DNA of 64,000 bases from Phaeosaccion multiseriatum. Its lineage: Eukaryota; Protista; Ochrophyta, other classes. The translations under genes were made by a program, and so were the position numbers. The stretch lies in contig OZ218962.1 of NCBI GenBank assembly GCA_965112735.1, forward strand, positions 310,001 through 374,000, given 5' to 3'. This document shows, piece by piece, positions 60,629 to 64,000 of this stretch (its first letter is position 1; each line of letters starts with the position of its first letter). The notes beneath the pieces are model-generated. The model did not search any database. It was not told the DNA's origin and saw nothing but the letters and a program-made list of their open reading frames with translations.

Positions 60629-61392
60629 GATGCAGGCTACGAAGGCACACAGAGTCGAGAAAGAGGGTGGATGAGTTGCCAAGGGAGTTGGTTCCTTCTT
60701 TCATAGCGGACGCGCTGCGAGTATGGAGGTGGGGGCTAAATTGCCAGCAAAGTACCCTGACAGTAAGTACATTTATCATCCCCGATGCCTGGGCAGAGCT
60801 CACGCGGGGCCAACTTTCCGCACCCTCTGCTACCCTCTCACACCATGCATACTAAACATTCCTCTCCCTCTCCCCCTGCTTCATGTACTACCCACGGCCG
60901 CTTCTCTTGCTGGGAGTGCGGCTGCATCCCGCCCTGCCGATGGCTGCACATCAAAGCCACTCCCTCATCAAACGCGTTGGCTTCTTTCTCCCTTTCCCGT
61001 GTACCCCACACCATGCTATCCTCCGTACCCTTTGGCTACACCAAGTACCACCAGCTGCAGTAAAGAGAGCCGCTGCCCCCCCCTTCGGCTGCGGTGACTT
61101 CAAAACTTTTCTCCCCTTGCCCTGCGCTCCCCTTTCTTTAGCCGCACAGTGCCATCCCACCTTCCCCCGTCATGCCGTGCTGCAGCTCCATCACTGGCCT
61201 CGTTTTCATTCCGCCACCCTCTCCACACTTCCATCTGTCTGTGTCGCTGCCCGCCTGTCCGTGGCTGGTGCTCCAACTAATCTATTGCATCCGACGCTTG
61301 CATCCACAGTCCCACTGGCGAATGCGCACTCCAACCCCCCCCCCCACACCCCCCTCCTCGCTCGCTTCGAGTCCATGATTGTTCTCCCCTTT

Positions 61393-63222
61393 TCAATGCG
61401 TGTCTTGCTTCGCCCACCTGGAAGCGTCGTCGGCTCCACGCATGCCTGCGGCCACTTCCAGCACATTGACGGAAGACACGCCCCTCTCCTGCGGCGGTAT
61501 CCCCCTCTCCTTGCCGAGGGTCGAGTCGCACGTCCACATAATGTCCGCAGGGCTTTGGGATTCAAAGTATCGCTTGTCTGCCATCAAAAGACGATCACGG
61601 ACCTCTTGCAGGAGACCCAGCTCTCGAGCAGCAGTCAGAGCCTTGCCCACAGACGCCCCTGCGCAGAGAAGCTCGTGCATCGCCCCTCCATGATTTCCGT
61701 ATGCTGCGAAGAGGAGGGGAGTTCTTCCTCTGCCATCCTCGCTATCCACCTCTGCCCCCGCCTTGAGCAGGAGATGCTGCATAAGGCCATGTCCTTCGCT
61801 CGCGGCGTAGTGCAGAGCAGTACGGCCGTGGTGGTCATGTCTATCCACCTCTGCCCCTGCTGATACGAGCTCACGCAGCACCTCAGCGTGTCCATTAAGC
61901 GTTGCCATCATGAGAGCAGTAGTCCCCTCATCATTGGCTGCATCCACCTCAGCCCCGGCCGTGAGCAGGATGTTCAGGGCATGCCCACGTCCGGCTTCCG
62001 CAGCGTAGTGCAGAGCAGTTCCCCCCCCCGCGCCATGTCGATCCACGTCTGCCCCTGCCGATACGAGCTGACGCAGCATCTCAGCGTGTCCATGTAGCGC
62101 TGCCCACATGAGAGCAGTAGCCCCCTTATTATTGGCTGCATCCACCTCAGGCCCGGCCGTGAGTAGGATATGCAGGGCATGCCCATGTCCGGCTTCAGCA
62201 GCGTAGTGCAGAGCAGGAAGGCCGTGGTTGTCATGTCGATCCACGTCTGCCCCTGCCGATAGGAGCTCACGCAGAGCCTCAGCGTGTCCACCATTCGCTG
62301 CCACCATGAGAGCAGTAACCCCCTTCGCGCCATGTCGATCCACGTCTGCCCCTGCCGATACGAGCTCACGTAGTACTCCACCTTGTCCCAGCTCCGCGGC
62401 CGTCATGAGAGGTGTCCTTCCGTCATCATCAGCTGCATCCACCTCGGCACCTGCTGCGAGAAGCCGCCTCGCTATCTCTGCATGACCATTGCCGATAGCC
62501 GCAAGAAGTGGCGAAGTTCCGTCGTTGCTCAGTTGGTTCACATTCGCATTGGCCGCGAGGAGAAGCTTCACTGTCTCCTCATTGTTGCCCCGTGAAGCGA
62601 AGGTCAGAGGTGTAGCTCCGTTGTTGTTGGCTCGATTCACATTGGCGCCCCCCGCGAGTAAAGCTCTGACGACTTCTGTGTGCCCACAGGCTGAAGCTGC
62701 ACTCAAGGCCGTCCCCATGCCCACTGCTTGATCTAAATCAGCACGGGCCTCCATCAGTATCTGCACAACGTTCAGATGGCCATTCATGCAAGCCCCTATC
62801 AATGGTGTGCAATCGTCAGGAGGAGTCATCGCTTCGTGGTTTGGAGATGCCCCTTCCCTCAGTAGAAGCTCCACGATGTCTGCTCTACCCCCCATCGCCG
62901 CTACAGTCATTGGAGTGTACCCCTCAGCACATATCGCGGTGTCGAGGCAAGCCTTCCTTCCCCCCTCTTTGGCAACAAGGGCGCTGATGGCCAGTTTGAC
63001 ATTCTTGATAGTCTTCCACCCGCGGATGGCGTTGTAGAGGCGCGTGGCCTTGTATCGGCCGAGGAAGAAGAGAGCAAGGGGGGCGAAAAGGGTGGGAAAC
63101 CAGAGGGGCGGTGAGTCACGGCTCTCGGGAGGCGAGCCGCTTAAGGGCGAGCCCTTCGCCACAGCAGCCAAAGGAATGGAACGGAGAAGAAGCGACAGAG
63201 GGAAGATAACGCGCATTGCCAA
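61393..63222 (-). CDS. Intronless ankyrin-repeat protein (609 aa) with two N-terminal hydrophobic segments and a family-specific C-terminal tail
   Basis: About 13 ankyrin repeats (G.TPL..AA..GH.E.LR.L..AGA.VD). Recent ~198-bp internal duplications at ~61720-62450. Hydrophobic stretches VIFPLSLLLRSIPLAAVA and LWFPTLFAPLALFFL. Confidence 0.92.
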   Translation of the reverse strand: MAMRVIFPLSLLLRSIPLAAVAKGSPLSGSPPESRDSPPLWFPTLFAPLALFFLGRYKATRLYNAIRGWKTIKNVKLAISALVAKEGGRKACLDTAICAEGYTPMTVAAMGGRADIVELLLREGASPNHEAMTPPDDCTPLIGACMNGHLNVVQILMEARADLDQAVGMGTALSAASACGHTEVVRALLAGGANVNRANNNGATPLTFASRGNNEETVKLLLAANANVNQLSNDGTSPLLAAIGNGHAEIARRLLAAGAEVDAADDDGRTPLMTAAELGQGGVLRELVSAGADVDRHGAKGVTALMVAANGGHAEALRELLSAGADVDRHDNHGLPALHYAAEAGHGHALHILLTAGPEVDAANNKGATALMWAALHGHAEMLRQLVSAGADVDRHGAGGGTALHYAAEAGRGHALNILLTAGAEVDAANDEGTTALMMATLNGHAEVLRELVSAGAEVDRHDHHGRTALHYAASEGHGLMQHLLLKAGAEVDSEDGRGRTPLLFAAYGNHGGAMHELLCAGASVGKALTAARELGLLQEVRDRLLMADKRYFESQSPADIMWTCDSTLGKERGIPPQERGVSSVNVLEVAAGMRGADDASRWAKQDTH

Positions 63223-63770
63223 AGTCTTCGAATGCAGTCCGGTTCAACAAACAGTGCGGCGATACCAAGCGCTTCCAATGGTAGCTGCCCCCTCTCCGCC
63301 CTCTCTTCTGTAAACGTACCTCTCCGCTCACTCGAGGGGGGGGTCCTCCGCTGCTCTGGGCCATGCTGGCGCGGCGAGAGACGAAAGAAAGCCTGTAGCA
63401 GGGCTAGCCGCAAGAGGCCCTCAGAGACGGTATTCACTCTGCACCGCCACCATCGCGCTTGCTATTGAAACAACGCCACCTCTCTCCCGGCAGCTAGAGA
63501 TTCCCCGGGGGGGGGGCTGCTGCAACAAACTTATACTCACACTCCATCTGTATGGCGCCCCTGTGGCTCACAGCACCCTCAACAGCACGGAGTACGGAGC
63601 GCTTGTAGCCTCAATGCAGAGCGCAACCCGCACTCTCATGATCATGACACGCTGCTTTTCTGTGTTATCCATTGTACCCGTGCGCAAGAGCAACGTCACG
63701 TTCCTAACCTAACTACCTTTTATGCGTGTGTGCGCGTGCGCCTCAGAACAATCGAGCTGCACCCCCCTTT

Positions 63771-64000
63771 GTGCTTGCCTTGTGTGTTACTGCCCCTCTT
63801 CCCGCTTCTAAGATCTAGGGAAGCTAGCGCAGGGCAGCTCGACATTTAGCAATTGGGGGAGAAAAATAAAACGAAGAGGCACTACACCGCCCCCCAAGCC
63901 ATCCCACACCCCCCCAGAGCGCGGCAGTTTCCTATGCCAAGAAATGTATACTCAAACTCCGGCCTTGTCTCTCTTGTGGATGACGAGCCCTCGGGTGGAG
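63771..64000 (+). repeat. Direct repeat copy 2 (with a ~95-bp insertion), running off the window
   Basis: Matches 60490-60628 at ~3.3-kb spacing. Confidence 0.85.

Overview
GC-rich, intron-containing eukaryotic genomic DNA. It is most consistent with a photosynthetic stramenopile (ochrophyte) alga: several genes have signal+transit peptide N-termini, one has a stramenopile-type 'LRRGxWTxEEExY' domain, and introns are rich in microsatellites. Host genes reconstructed by hand from splice sites: a CHZ-domain histone chaperone, a HIG1/Rcf1 protein, a zinc-finger/Myb-like protein, an ankyrin-RING protein, SURF6/RRP14, histone H2A.Z, an insulysin-like M16A peptidase, a PIH1-domain protein, an ABC1/UbiB kinase, a CCCH zinc-finger protein and two intronless ankyrin genes. 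The main finding is a fully delimited 8.4-kb DNA transposon (17255-25647) with perfect 31-bp TIRs beginning TCGACCCC and a 7-bp TSD (ATACACA). It encodes a spliced ~1500-1650 aa transposase with P-element-like DDE motifs but no visible THAP domain. The protein carries a Cys-rich insert, an NHL-like beta-propeller insert, and a C-terminal BAH-like segment plus PHD finger. A divergently oriented second unit encodes a zinc-finger region and a Ulp1/C48 protease. An unrelated 519-bp MITE (44308-44826) has the same signature (30-bp TIR starting TCGGCCCC, 7-bp TSD), which suggests a distinct lineage of P-like transposons. All family assignments come from motif recognition by eye; no database search was run.
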